Shown piece by piece: positions 17,582 through 25,106 of a stretch of DNA of 64,000 bases. A program made the translations under genes and the position numbers. The first letter of the stretch is position 1, and every line of letters begins with the position of its first letter. Below the pieces are notes generated by a model that made no database searches, was not told where the DNA came from, and saw only the letters and a program-made list of their open reading frames with translations. The DNA comes from Deltaproteobacteria bacterium (GTDB lineage: Bacteria; SAR324; XYD2-FULL-50-16): the NCBI GenBank assembly GCA_018645005.1, contig JABGPJ010000073.1:8274-72273 (forward strand), given 5' to 3'.

Positions 17582-19150
17582 TCAAGAGCGTTTGTGGAAA
17601 CGGGTTTGCTCGATAAGCGATTTTAGTGCCTCACTTTTGAAAAGCAAGGCACAACTGCCATAAAATATGATACCAAATCCAATCAAAAGACAGACATTCA
17701 ATAAAACAGGTTGCTCCCGCGCAATAATGTATGTTTTGAAGCCCCAAAGTGCTATCAACAGCAGTGTACTGAGCATGACTGTTTTTGCCAGCCGTTTTCC
17801 CGAAAAAAACAGACCGATTCTACATTTCATCAGTTTATGCAGGTAAAGTACCAGCAGGACAGTTTGCACAACCTGACTCAGGCTATTGGCTCCGGCGATA
17901 CCCAGATGCCCGGTGGTTCTTGAAAAAACCAGCGCAGCAACAGTATTGACAATCAAGATCACAGCGGCAATCTGGACGGTATGCCGGATCCATTTACCCG
18001 CTTGAAAAAGGGTCAGCAGTATCCGGTTCCAGGAGATAAATATTAATCCGAGAATATGATATCGTAGTGCCCCGGCTGTCAAGGACACAGAAGTCGCATC
18101 AAACGCACCTCTGGCGAAAAGCAGGGTCACGATCTCATCACCAATCATAAAAATACCAACTGTCGCTGGGAGCGCAATGAAAGCGGTTATTTCGATGATG
18201 CGTTGCATCTCGGAGCTGATCGTATCCAGGCGTTGCTCTGCAAAAAGTGTTGAAAAACGGGGTAAAAAGACAGTTGTAATGGAGATGATAAAAACCCCGA
18301 TGATCAATTCAAGTAAGCGGTTGCTGAAGTTTAAAGAGGAAATGGCGCCTTCGTCGAGGCTTGAGGCAATGAAATTACTGACAATAATATTGATTTGATA
18401 GATGCCGGTCCCAAAAATCGTGGGAAGTATTAAAGTGATCACCTGTCGGATTTTTGGATCAGCAAGATTGATCCTGGATAGAAGCTGTAAACCGGTCTTT
18501 CTGGCTGTGGGCAGTTGAACCGTTAACTGGATGACCCCTCCCAGTAAAACCCCGATAGCAAACCCGAAAGTTGGATTGGAGAGCCGGGGAGCAAAAAACA
18601 GTGCGCAGGCAATGATGGAGATGTTTAGTAAGACCGGAGTCAAAGAAGAGATCCAGAAAATGGCAAAGGAGTTCAGTACACCCTGAAGAATCGCTGCCAG
18701 TGAGATGAAAAGGATATAGATGAACATGTACTGTGTCAGTATGACCGTCAAATGCAACGGTTCGCCATCAAAACCCGGGGCAAAAACATATCGAATGAGC
18801 CAGGGGGCGCTGAGAATGAACAAGAGGCTGAACAGGACCAGGGCAAAAGTGAACAGCCAGAAGAAATTTTTGGCGAAATCAAAGGCCCGTTTTTCGCCAT
18901 CCTGATGAAGAATTTCATTGAAAACGGGGATGAAGGCGCTTGACATTGCTCCTTCCGCAGTCATGCGACGGAACAGATTGGGAATCGTAAAAGCCAGTGT
19001 AAATGCATCACTGTGGTAGCTCGTACCCAGCAAAGCTGCCTTGACGATTTCGCGCATCAGACCCAGAATTCTGCTGAAAAGCGTAATCAGGCTAACCAGG
19101 CCGATTGATTTGAAAAGGGCCTTGTTTTTTGATCGAATGGGTTGATTCAT
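17582..19150 (-). CDS. murJ: Lipid II flippase MurJ (MviN)
   Basis: 522-aa 14-TM MOP-family protein. The N-terminus ...FSRILGLMREIVKAALLGTSYHSDAFTLAFTIPNLFRRMTAEGAMSSAFIPVF is typical of MurJ. Confidence 0.9.
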   Translation of the reverse strand: MNQPIRSKNKALFKSIGLVSLITLFSRILGLMREIVKAALLGTSYHSDAFTLAFTIPNLFRRMTAEGAMSSAFIPVFNEILHQDGEKRAFDFAKNFFWLFTFALVLFSLLFILSAPWLIRYVFAPGFDGEPLHLTVILTQYMFIYILFISLAAILQGVLNSFAIFWISSLTPVLLNISIIACALFFAPRLSNPTFGFAIGVLLGGVIQLTVQLPTARKTGLQLLSRINLADPKIRQVITLILPTIFGTGIYQINIIVSNFIASSLDEGAISSLNFSNRLLELIIGVFIISITTVFLPRFSTLFAEQRLDTISSEMQRIIEITAFIALPATVGIFMIGDEIVTLLFARGAFDATSVSLTAGALRYHILGLIFISWNRILLTLFQAGKWIRHTVQIAAVILIVNTVAALVFSRTTGHLGIAGANSLSQVVQTVLLVLYLHKLMKCRIGLFFSGKRLAKTVMLSTLLLIALWGFKTYIIAREQPVLLNVCLLIGFGIIFYGSCALLFKSEALKSLIEQTRFHKRS

Positions 19151-19187
19151 CTATCAACTTGGATGAAAGAGATTTTGATCGAGTGGC

Positions 19188-19604
19188 TCAGGCAATCCCT
19201 TTTCCCGATGTCGTTGTCACGAGTTTGCCATGCTTGACACCCTTGGTTCCGATCAATTCGTTGGATATTTTTTTTATCAGCGAAGGTTTGCCTTTAACGA
19301 TTACCACTTCCAGGCAATGATGGGCATCGATGTGGACATGAAGGGTTGAAATGATCTGCTTTGTGTGAGCATGTTGATGTTCGATCAGTTTGTCTGACAG
19401 TTCTCTTGTGTGATGGTCATATACCAGCGTAATAGTCCCAAACGTTTCCTCATTTCCATGCTCCCACTGCTCTTCGACCAGCGTATTTCGAATCAGATCA
19501 CGAATAGCCTCTGACCGGTTGACATAACCCTTTTTCGAAATTAACTGATCAAAACGTGTCAAGAGCCGTTTATCGATAGACATGCCAAAACGAATCGTGT
19601 TCAT
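19188..19604 (-). CDS. nikR: Nickel-responsive regulator NikR
   Basis: ATG at 19604 (the track ORF starts further upstream at a TTG). The ribbon-helix-helix reads [35 protein letters not shown]. The C-terminal nickel site has the pattern H-x-H-x5-C ([13 protein letters not shown]). Confidence 0.88.
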   Translation of the reverse strand: MNTIRFGMSIDKRLLTRFDQLISKKGYVNRSEAIRDLIRNTLVEEQWEHGNEETFGTITLVYDHHTRELSDKLIEHQHAHTKQIISTLHVHIDAHHCLEVVIVKGKPSLIKKISNELIGTKGVKHGKLVTTTSGKGIA

Positions 19605-19803
19605 ACTTGTACCTTTGGGTGTTTTTAGATAGCAAAACAAGTGAAATTTCTGATTTTACTTCCCAATAGGTGTACCTTTTACAACTCTAATGGTCAACGC
19701 CTATCCATCTGGAACAAAGGGGATTCGATTGTTGGCACGCTGTCCGCGATTTCTCTTGCGGCTCTCCGGTATGGTAGACACCGTTCCTGAAAAAGAACCC
19801 TTA

Positions 19804-19832
19804 TTGACATAACAGTTTCTATTTTTTATGGT
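19804..19832 (+). promoter_or_regulatory. Sigma-70-type promoter candidate for the nickel transporter operon
   Basis: TTGACA (19804-19809), a 17-nt spacer, then TATGGT (19827-19832). It lies immediately upstream of the NikR-box candidate. Confidence 0.5.
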
Positions 19833-19836
19833 TTAG

Positions 19837-19863
19837 TTGTTACATATTTGAGATTTGTGACAC
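19837..19863. promoter_or_regulatory. Candidate NikR operator (inverted repeat ttGTTAC-N13-GTGACAC)
   Basis: Each half-site matches 6/7 of the GTGTTAC-N13/14-GTAACAC consensus that I recall from published comparative genomics of non-enterobacterial NikR sites. It lies between divergent nikR and cbiM, just after the -10 box. Confidence 0.5.
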
Positions 19864-20005
19864 GCTAGAATAGAAACAAGGATTGGTTCCCACCAGGGCT
19901 GTTTTCATTTTAAGAGGGATAACGTTGTGGGGGTTATCGGATGTGCATGTTTCAGGCACATTGGAAGTCGAAACAGCTCTCGAAAATTTGAATGAGATCA
20001 AATTA

Positions 20006-20629
20006 ATGCATATTTCAGAGGGTGTCTTACCTGTATCCATACTGGTAGGCGGCGCAGTGATAGCTGTTACCGGAACTGCCATAGGTTTGAGGCGACTTGA
20101 CTATAACCGGATTCCACAGGCGGGGGTTCTGGCAGCGTCTTTTTTCGTGGCATCGCTCATTCATGTCCCTCTTGGTGTATCGAGCGTTCATCTCATACTG
20201 AACGGACTGGTGGGCATGATGCTGGGTTGGGGCGCATTCCCGGTGATCATGATCGCGCTGATTCTGCAAGCTGTTTTTTTTCAGTTCGGAGGGTTTACCA
20301 CATTGGGTGTCAATACCGTAGTCATGGCACTACCTGCTGTGCTGGTATCTTTTGCTTTCCATCCGCTTAAAAGGAAAAACGCCTCTGTTGTAACGGTTAT
20401 ATCTTTTTTATGCGGATTTTTTTCAGTCCTGTTCGCGGCTCTGATGATGGGCTTTGCATTTTTTCTGATAGGTGAGGCATTTTTCGAAGTGGGGACGTTT
20501 GTGGTGATCTCACATCTGCCGGTGATGATTATTGAGGGTATCATCACGGTGTTTTGTATCCGTTTTCTGATGAAGGTTCAGCCTTCCATGTTATACGTAA
20601 AGAAGGGGGTCATAAATGCCCGCAGTTAG
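20006..20629 (+). CDS. cbiM: ECF transporter substrate-capture component CbiM/NikM
   Basis: The ATG at 20006 gives the canonical N-terminus MHISEGVLP (metal-ligating Met1/His2), followed by multiple TM helices. The track ORF starts further upstream at 19883. Confidence 0.88.
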   Translation: MHISEGVLPVSILVGGAVIAVTGTAIGLRRLDYNRIPQAGVLAASFFVASLIHVPLGVSSVHLILNGLVGMMLGWGAFPVIMIALILQAVFFQFGGFTTLGVNTVVMALPAVLVSFAFHPLKRKNASVVTVISFLCGFFSVLFAALMMGFAFFLIGEAFFEVGTFVVISHLPVMIIEGIITVFCIRFLMKVQPSMLYVKKGVINARS

Positions 20630-21239
20630 TCATATCGGTCTATTTCGGATGAACATAAAAGATATGCTGGTTCGGGGGACATTGGTCTTAATTTGCTGTC
20701 TGTCTTTTTCAGGTTCCGCCTTAGCGCACCGTGTGATTATATTTGGTTGGGTCGAAGGCGACCGAGTGATGACACAAAGCAAGTTCAGCAGCAACCGGGT
20801 TGTTAAAGGCGGTGAAATTTCAGTTTATGATTCCACAGAGAATCGCATTCTGACCGGAAAAACAGACAAGCAGGGCGAATATTCTTTTCAAATTCCGGTT
20901 CAGGAGAGACTTAAAATTGTTTTATCAACTGCGGGGGGGCATCAGGCTGATTGGACGATTACCAAAAAGGAACTAGAATCCGCTAGCCATTTGAGTGATG
21001 ACCTTCCCCAGACTCAAATGCATGAACCGGTACCGGGGGACTGTCAGAAAGAGACAGGTGCCGCTGTGATTGAAAAGATGTTGGACAGCAAATTGAGACC
21101 CATCATGCGGCATATTGCTGAAGCAAATCAAAAGCAGGTGTCCCTGCGTGATATTCTCGGTGGCATTGGCTACATCATAGGATTGGCAGGTCTGGCTGCT
21201 TATATGCGGTATCGCGGAAAAGAGAAGCAGGGATCATGA
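20616..21239 (+). CDS. Auxiliary nickel/cobalt ECF component in the CbiN/NikL position: signal peptide, beta-sandwich periplasmic domain and a C-terminal TM anchor
   Basis: GAAGGGGG Shine-Dalgarno before the ATG at 20616. The signal peptide ends in ALA-HRV. The segment VKGGEISVYDSTENRILTGKTDKQGEYSFQIP is a CarboxypepD_reg/transthyretin-like motif. A C-terminal TM helix reads ILGGIGYIIGLAGLAAYM. The gene overlaps both cbiM and cbiQ. Confidence 0.55.
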   Translation: MPAVSHIGLFRMNIKDMLVRGTLVLICCLSFSGSALAHRVIIFGWVEGDRVMTQSKFSSNRVVKGGEISVYDSTENRILTGKTDKQGEYSFQIPVQERLKIVLSTAGGHQADWTITKKELESASHLSDDLPQTQMHEPVPGDCQKETGAAVIEKMLDSKLRPIMRHIAEANQKQVSLRDILGGIGYIIGLAGLAAYMRYRGKEKQGS

Positions 21240-21994
21240 TAGAGTCGTCCTTTGTCGATGGAAATTCATTGATTCACCGTCTGGACCCTCGATTCAGAGT
21301 CGCGATGGCTATCGGGATTTCTGTTTTTATTGCCCTCGCCGACAGGTTCCCGACGCTGCTCATCAGCCTGTTGCTGTCTTTGGTACTGGTTGCACTAGCT
21401 CGTTTAGGGACTATGCGTGTGTTCAGAAGACTGGTGGTAGTCAACGGCATGGTTCTGGTTTTCTGGTTGATCCTGCCGTTAACTGTAGCGGGCGATGCGA
21501 TTCTTAATCTGGGACCGATCCTGCTGACTAAAGCCGGAGTTTTGCTGGCAGCAAGACTGACGCTTAAATCTAATGGTATTATACTGGCTCTGATTGCTTT
21601 GATGGCGACCTGTCCGGTGACGGCCATCGGGTATGCGATGAAGAGTTTGTGGATCCCCGAAAAAATCGTTTATCTTTTTCTGATCACCTATCGTTATATT
21701 TTCGTTTTAGAGCAGGAGTACCAGCGGTTGATGATGGCCGCAAAAATAAGGTGCTTTCGACCCGGGAACAATCTGCACACCTACCGTACGTTTGCCTATC
21801 TGATCGGAATGCTTTTTGTCCGGGCCTCTTTAAGAGGGGAGCGGGTCTATCAGGCTATGTGTTGTCGCGGTTTTAACGGCCGGTTTTACCTACTCTATGA
21901 ATTCAGAGCCTCCTGGGTGGACTGGATTTTTCTGACCGCTTTGTCTTTGGTAATTTTATTATTAGGGTTTATGGAATGGGGAATGGTCCTTTGA
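21236..21994 (+). CDS. cbiQ: ECF transporter transmembrane (T) component CbiQ
   Basis: N-terminal ...SLIHRLDPRFRV and a multi-TM body, in the operon position between the M/N-like genes and the ATPase. Confidence 0.8.
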   Translation: MIESSFVDGNSLIHRLDPRFRVAMAIGISVFIALADRFPTLLISLLLSLVLVALARLGTMRVFRRLVVVNGMVLVFWLILPLTVAGDAILNLGPILLTKAGVLLAARLTLKSNGIILALIALMATCPVTAIGYAMKSLWIPEKIVYLFLITYRYIFVLEQEYQRLMMAAKIRCFRPGNNLHTYRTFAYLIGMLFVRASLRGERVYQAMCCRGFNGRFYLLYEFRASWVDWIFLTALSLVILLLGFMEWGMVL

Positions 21995-22713
21995 TCATGG
22001 ATTTAAAAGACATCTGTTATGCCTATCACGGTGTCGACGATGTGCTCAGTCATGTCAATTTTTCTTTGCATGCAGATGAAAGAATGGGTTTGATTGGCGG
22101 GAACGGGAGTGGCAAATCGACATTTCTGCATATTATCATCGGCATTTTACGAGCTCATTCAGGTGAGATGACGATTTTCGGGGAGAGGGTCCGGACAGAG
22201 CAGGACTTTTTCCGCGTCAGGCAAAGGGTTGGCTTGCTGTTTCAAAATTCCGATGATCAGCTCTTTTCGCCGACGGTATTAGAGGACGTTGCTTTCGGTC
22301 CGCTGAACCTGGGTAAAGAGCCAGAGGAGGCGTGCGAGATTGCCAGGCAGACATTGACGGATTTACACCTCAGCGGTTTTGAAGATCGGGTGACCCATAC
22401 CCTATCCGGTGGAGAAAAAAAACTGGTGGCATTGGCCACTATCTTAGCCATGCAACCGGAAATTCTGCTTCTGGACGAACCAACATCGGGTCTGGATGAA
22501 AGCACCAAGAACAGGCTCACTGAAATTTTAGGCAGCCTGGCGATCAGCTATATCATTGTCTCCCATGAATATGAATTTTTGATTTCCAATACCGATACGA
22601 TCTACGGCATGAAAAACGGTATCCTGAAGTATCATGGTGATTCCTCTTCTCTTCACAGCCATTATCACAGCCATCCAGCCGGAGAAGTCTCTCATCAGCA
22701 TTCGGACACTTAG
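21976..22713 (+). CDS. cbiO: ECF transporter ATPase CbiO with a His-rich C-terminal tail
   Basis: Walker A GGNGSGKST, signature LSGGEKK and Walker B LLLDEPTSGLD. An alternative start ATG at 21997 (MDLKDICYAY) lies just after the cbiQ stop. The tail reads LHSHYHSHPAGEVSHQHSDT. Confidence 0.88.
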   Translation: MGNGPLIMDLKDICYAYHGVDDVLSHVNFSLHADERMGLIGGNGSGKSTFLHIIIGILRAHSGEMTIFGERVRTEQDFFRVRQRVGLLFQNSDDQLFSPTVLEDVAFGPLNLGKEPEEACEIARQTLTDLHLSGFEDRVTHTLSGGEKKLVALATILAMQPEILLLDEPTSGLDESTKNRLTEILGSLAISYIIVSHEYEFLISNTDTIYGMKNGILKYHGDSSSLHSHYHSHPAGEVSHQHSDT

Positions 22714-22811
22714 TCTGCAATGCTGCTGCTGTGAAAGTTCCCCCGGGTTTGATGTCCATTGACTTAAAGGTTCTCCGTTGACAAGATATGTGACTAAACC
22801 ATTCGAAATTA

Positions 22812-23792
22812 TTGAGCAGTGGACCCAACCGATCAATGAAAGAGATGGCACAAATCGATGTGACGAACTCCATGTCAGCCCTTTTCACAGGTGACATCGC
22901 TCTGGACAATCTTTCGGGATGGGTGATTTGGGAATTGGTCTTAGCTGTCGCCTTTGTCATTCTTAGCACCTTGACGGTCTACTTTTTTCTGGCAAAGAGC
23001 GGTCTTTTTAAGAAAAAACGGAAGAGAAAGTCTGTTCCTCGAAAAGGCCGTGAGAAGCCAGAGACAAAACGTATCGTCAGGAAGAAATCTAAGAAGATTA
23101 AACCTGTCTTAAAAAAAGGGAAGAAGAAAGTTATTGGGAAAGCAAAACAGAAATCCGGCATTTCCAACCTGAGAAAGATGCCTTTTATCCTCGACCCGAA
23201 CGCCATCAGGTCGTATACTAGTAAGTATCTGGCAGTGAAGAAAATCAAAGCGAACTGGGAAAAAATCTTGCTCGTTGGTGTCGACTCTGCTAGCAACCGC
23301 CTCGAATTGGCTGTTTTCCTGCTGACAAAGGAGTTCATGTGGCGCCTCGGTGCTGGCGATGTGATTGAATATCATCAGCGTGCTGTTAAACCGACTAAAT
23401 TCTTTAAAAATAAGGGGATAAATAAGACTTTTGAAAAAGCAGCTGCTTTGATCAGTGTCGGTATCGTCACGGAAATAGCGGACGAAGAGCAGAAAGAGGG
23501 TTTGGCGCAGGCGCGGGCTGAAAAAATGGTTGTCTGGCTTAAAAAGAGTCTGCCCCGTAAATCAGTTGATTACCTTCTCATTATCGAGTCACCGTTGATA
23601 GAGTCGGGCGAAGCAGTTGAATCTGTCATTCAGCCGGAAAAACCGAGACCCATTCTATGGATTTGTCTGCAGCCCTCTTCCGGGGATGTGGATGTGGAAG
23701 AGGCTTTGAAAGATGCTCTCTCAAGGGCAATTCAGTTGCCGTTTGATTTTGATTCGTATCAAAAAGTTTCGCTGATAAATATCCACAACTAA
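22812..23792 (+). CDS. Hypothetical membrane-anchored protein with a Lys-rich linker
   Basis: One TM helix (VIWELVLAVAFVILSTLTVYFFL), then ~70 aa that are extremely basic (KKKRKRKSVPRKGREKPETKRIVRKKSKKIKPVLKKGKKKVIGKAKQK), then a ~200-aa globular region. I recognise no family. A possible ATG start lies at 22836. Confidence 0.55.
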   Translation: MSSGPNRSMKEMAQIDVTNSMSALFTGDIALDNLSGWVIWELVLAVAFVILSTLTVYFFLAKSGLFKKKRKRKSVPRKGREKPETKRIVRKKSKKIKPVLKKGKKKVIGKAKQKSGISNLRKMPFILDPNAIRSYTSKYLAVKKIKANWEKILLVGVDSASNRLELAVFLLTKEFMWRLGAGDVIEYHQRAVKPTKFFKNKGINKTFEKAAALISVGIVTEIADEEQKEGLAQARAEKMVVWLKKSLPRKSVDYLLIIESPLIESGEAVESVIQPEKPRPILWICLQPSSGDVDVEEALKDALSRAIQLPFDFDSYQKVSLINIHN

Positions 23793-23894
23793 GGGTTGGC
23801 TCAAAAATTAGTTCACCTTCTATGTGAAAAATGTCCAGTTATTTTAGGTCTTTTGCAGAAAGATTATGTGAAGCTATATTTGAACGATCCCAAA
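23790..23894 (-). repeat. Palindromic MITE/REP-like repeat, copy 3 (inverted orientation, more diverged)
   Basis: TAAGGGTTGGCTCAAAAATTA...TTTGAACGATCCC. The ends match copies 1 and 2 in reverse complement. The interior (AATGTCCAGTTA..TTTTGCAGAAAG) resembles the terminal repeat of the element at 41751. Confidence 0.7.
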
Positions 23895-23915
23895 AATAAG
23901 CCTAAATAAATAGTT

Positions 23916-24623
23916 ATGTTGTTAAAAGAGCAGTGCATACTGGGAATCGAAGGTTCGGGCTTTTCTGTCTCAATTGGCTTGATGGATCAAGGTGTTCCAA
24001 AGGGGAACCTGTTTTTGAACACTGGAGCCCCGGGTTCAGAATCGCTGTTGTCAGGGATCGACCAGCTTCTGCGGATGTTGAATGTTCAAAAAGATGCTTT
24101 GGACGGAGTCTGTGTCACGTTGGGACCAGGCTCTTTCACATCCTTGAGAATCTGCCTTTCAACAGCAGAGGCGTTGGGTCTGGGATTGAACATTCCGGTT
24201 TATGGTATTGACAGCCTGGGTCTCATCGCCGCGTCTGTTCCTTTTTACGCATCGACTATCAAGGTTATTCAGAATGCGTACAAAGGAGAATTCTATTCAG
24301 CTTCATACGATACCAGCCGTGGGAAAGCCGTTTCGTTGTCCGACCTCAGTCTGATCAAGCCGGATCTTTTCTATGAGCAGCTAAAAAAAGGGGAATTGAT
24401 TCTCGGTAACGGTGTCGGGAAGTTGATGGATCTGCAGTTGGATCTGCAGGCAAAAGGTGTGGTCTGGAATCAGGACTTTCAACGGATTGCATCCGGAATA
24501 GGCGTTATCGAGCATTTTTTGGAGAGCGAAGTGCGAGACTCTTCCGCTATCCCGTTGGAGCCGATCTATATTCGTTTGCCTGAAGCCGAGCTCAACTATG
24601 AAAAGCAGTTTGGAAAAGAGTGA
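23916..24623 (+). CDS. tsaB: tRNA t6A37 biosynthesis protein TsaB (YeaZ)
   Basis: ASKHA-fold N-terminus (ILGIEGSG...), VTLGPGSFTSLRI and the typical ~230-aa length. It sits directly upstream of rimI, which is the classic tsaB-rimI arrangement. Confidence 0.85.
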   Translation: MLLKEQCILGIEGSGFSVSIGLMDQGVPKGNLFLNTGAPGSESLLSGIDQLLRMLNVQKDALDGVCVTLGPGSFTSLRICLSTAEALGLGLNIPVYGIDSLGLIAASVPFYASTIKVIQNAYKGEFYSASYDTSRGKAVSLSDLSLIKPDLFYEQLKKGELILGNGVGKLMDLQLDLQAKGVVWNQDFQRIASGIGVIEHFLESEVRDSSAIPLEPIYIRLPEAELNYEKQFGKE

Positions 24624-25080
24624 TGTAATTGTGAGCCGGGAAAATGCAGACGACTACCTGGATCAGATCGTGGGACTGGATGCTGTCTGCTTTCCTGACC
24701 GCTCATGGAATAGCGAAGTGTGGAGCGGGCTGTTCAGTCATCATCAGCTCCAGGTTTATTTGGGTTTTCGGCAGAATCAGCCAGTCGGATATCTGGCTCT
24801 TTCCTTGCTTCCACCCGAGGCTGAGCTGCTGCGTCTGGGAGTGAAGGACGCTTTCAGGCGTCAGGCCATCGGCAGTGATTTGCTCAAGCGAACGATCCCC
24901 GAGCTTAAAAACAGCGCTGTTGAAACCATTTTTCTGGAAGTGCGGGATGACAATCTGCCGGCACGCCTGTTTTACCAGGCACGGGGATTCACCAATACCG
25001 GGGAACGAAAAAACTACTACCGTTCTCCCCCCTGCAATGCGTTGATTCTTAACTGTCGTGTTTCGAATCATTTTATCTAA
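24598..25080 (+). CDS. rimI: Ribosomal-protein-alanine N-acetyltransferase RimI (GNAT)
   Basis: GNAT motif A (RRQAIGSDLL) and FLEVRDDNLPARLFYQARGF. It overlaps the tsaB 3' end. Confidence 0.85.
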   Translation: MKSSLEKSDVIVSRENADDYLDQIVGLDAVCFPDRSWNSEVWSGLFSHHQLQVYLGFRQNQPVGYLALSLLPPEAELLRLGVKDAFRRQAIGSDLLKRTIPELKNSAVETIFLEVRDDNLPARLFYQARGFTNTGERKNYYRSPPCNALILNCRVSNHFI

Positions 25081-25106
25081 TAAGCGATTTAATCGAAAAA
25101 CAAGAT

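Noticed and set aside
19733-19748. Sigma-54 type -24/-12 promoter TGGCACgctgtCCGC upstream of cbiM
   Set aside because: The GG-N10-GC spacing is correct, but the -12 element is CCGC rather than TTGC. It lies ~270 nt from the ATG. A good sigma-70 promoter plus a NikR box lies closer, and there is no rationale for sigma-54 control of nickel uptake. It is probably a chance match.
19864-20005. Cobalamin (B12) or NiCo riboswitch in the cbiM leader
   Set aside because: GGTTCC and AAGAGGGA resemble fragments of the B12 riboswitch core. However, the GGTG-AA-CC segment and the B12 box (GCCACTG-like) are absent. NikR plus a NikR box already account for the regulation. This needs an Rfam scan to be definitive.
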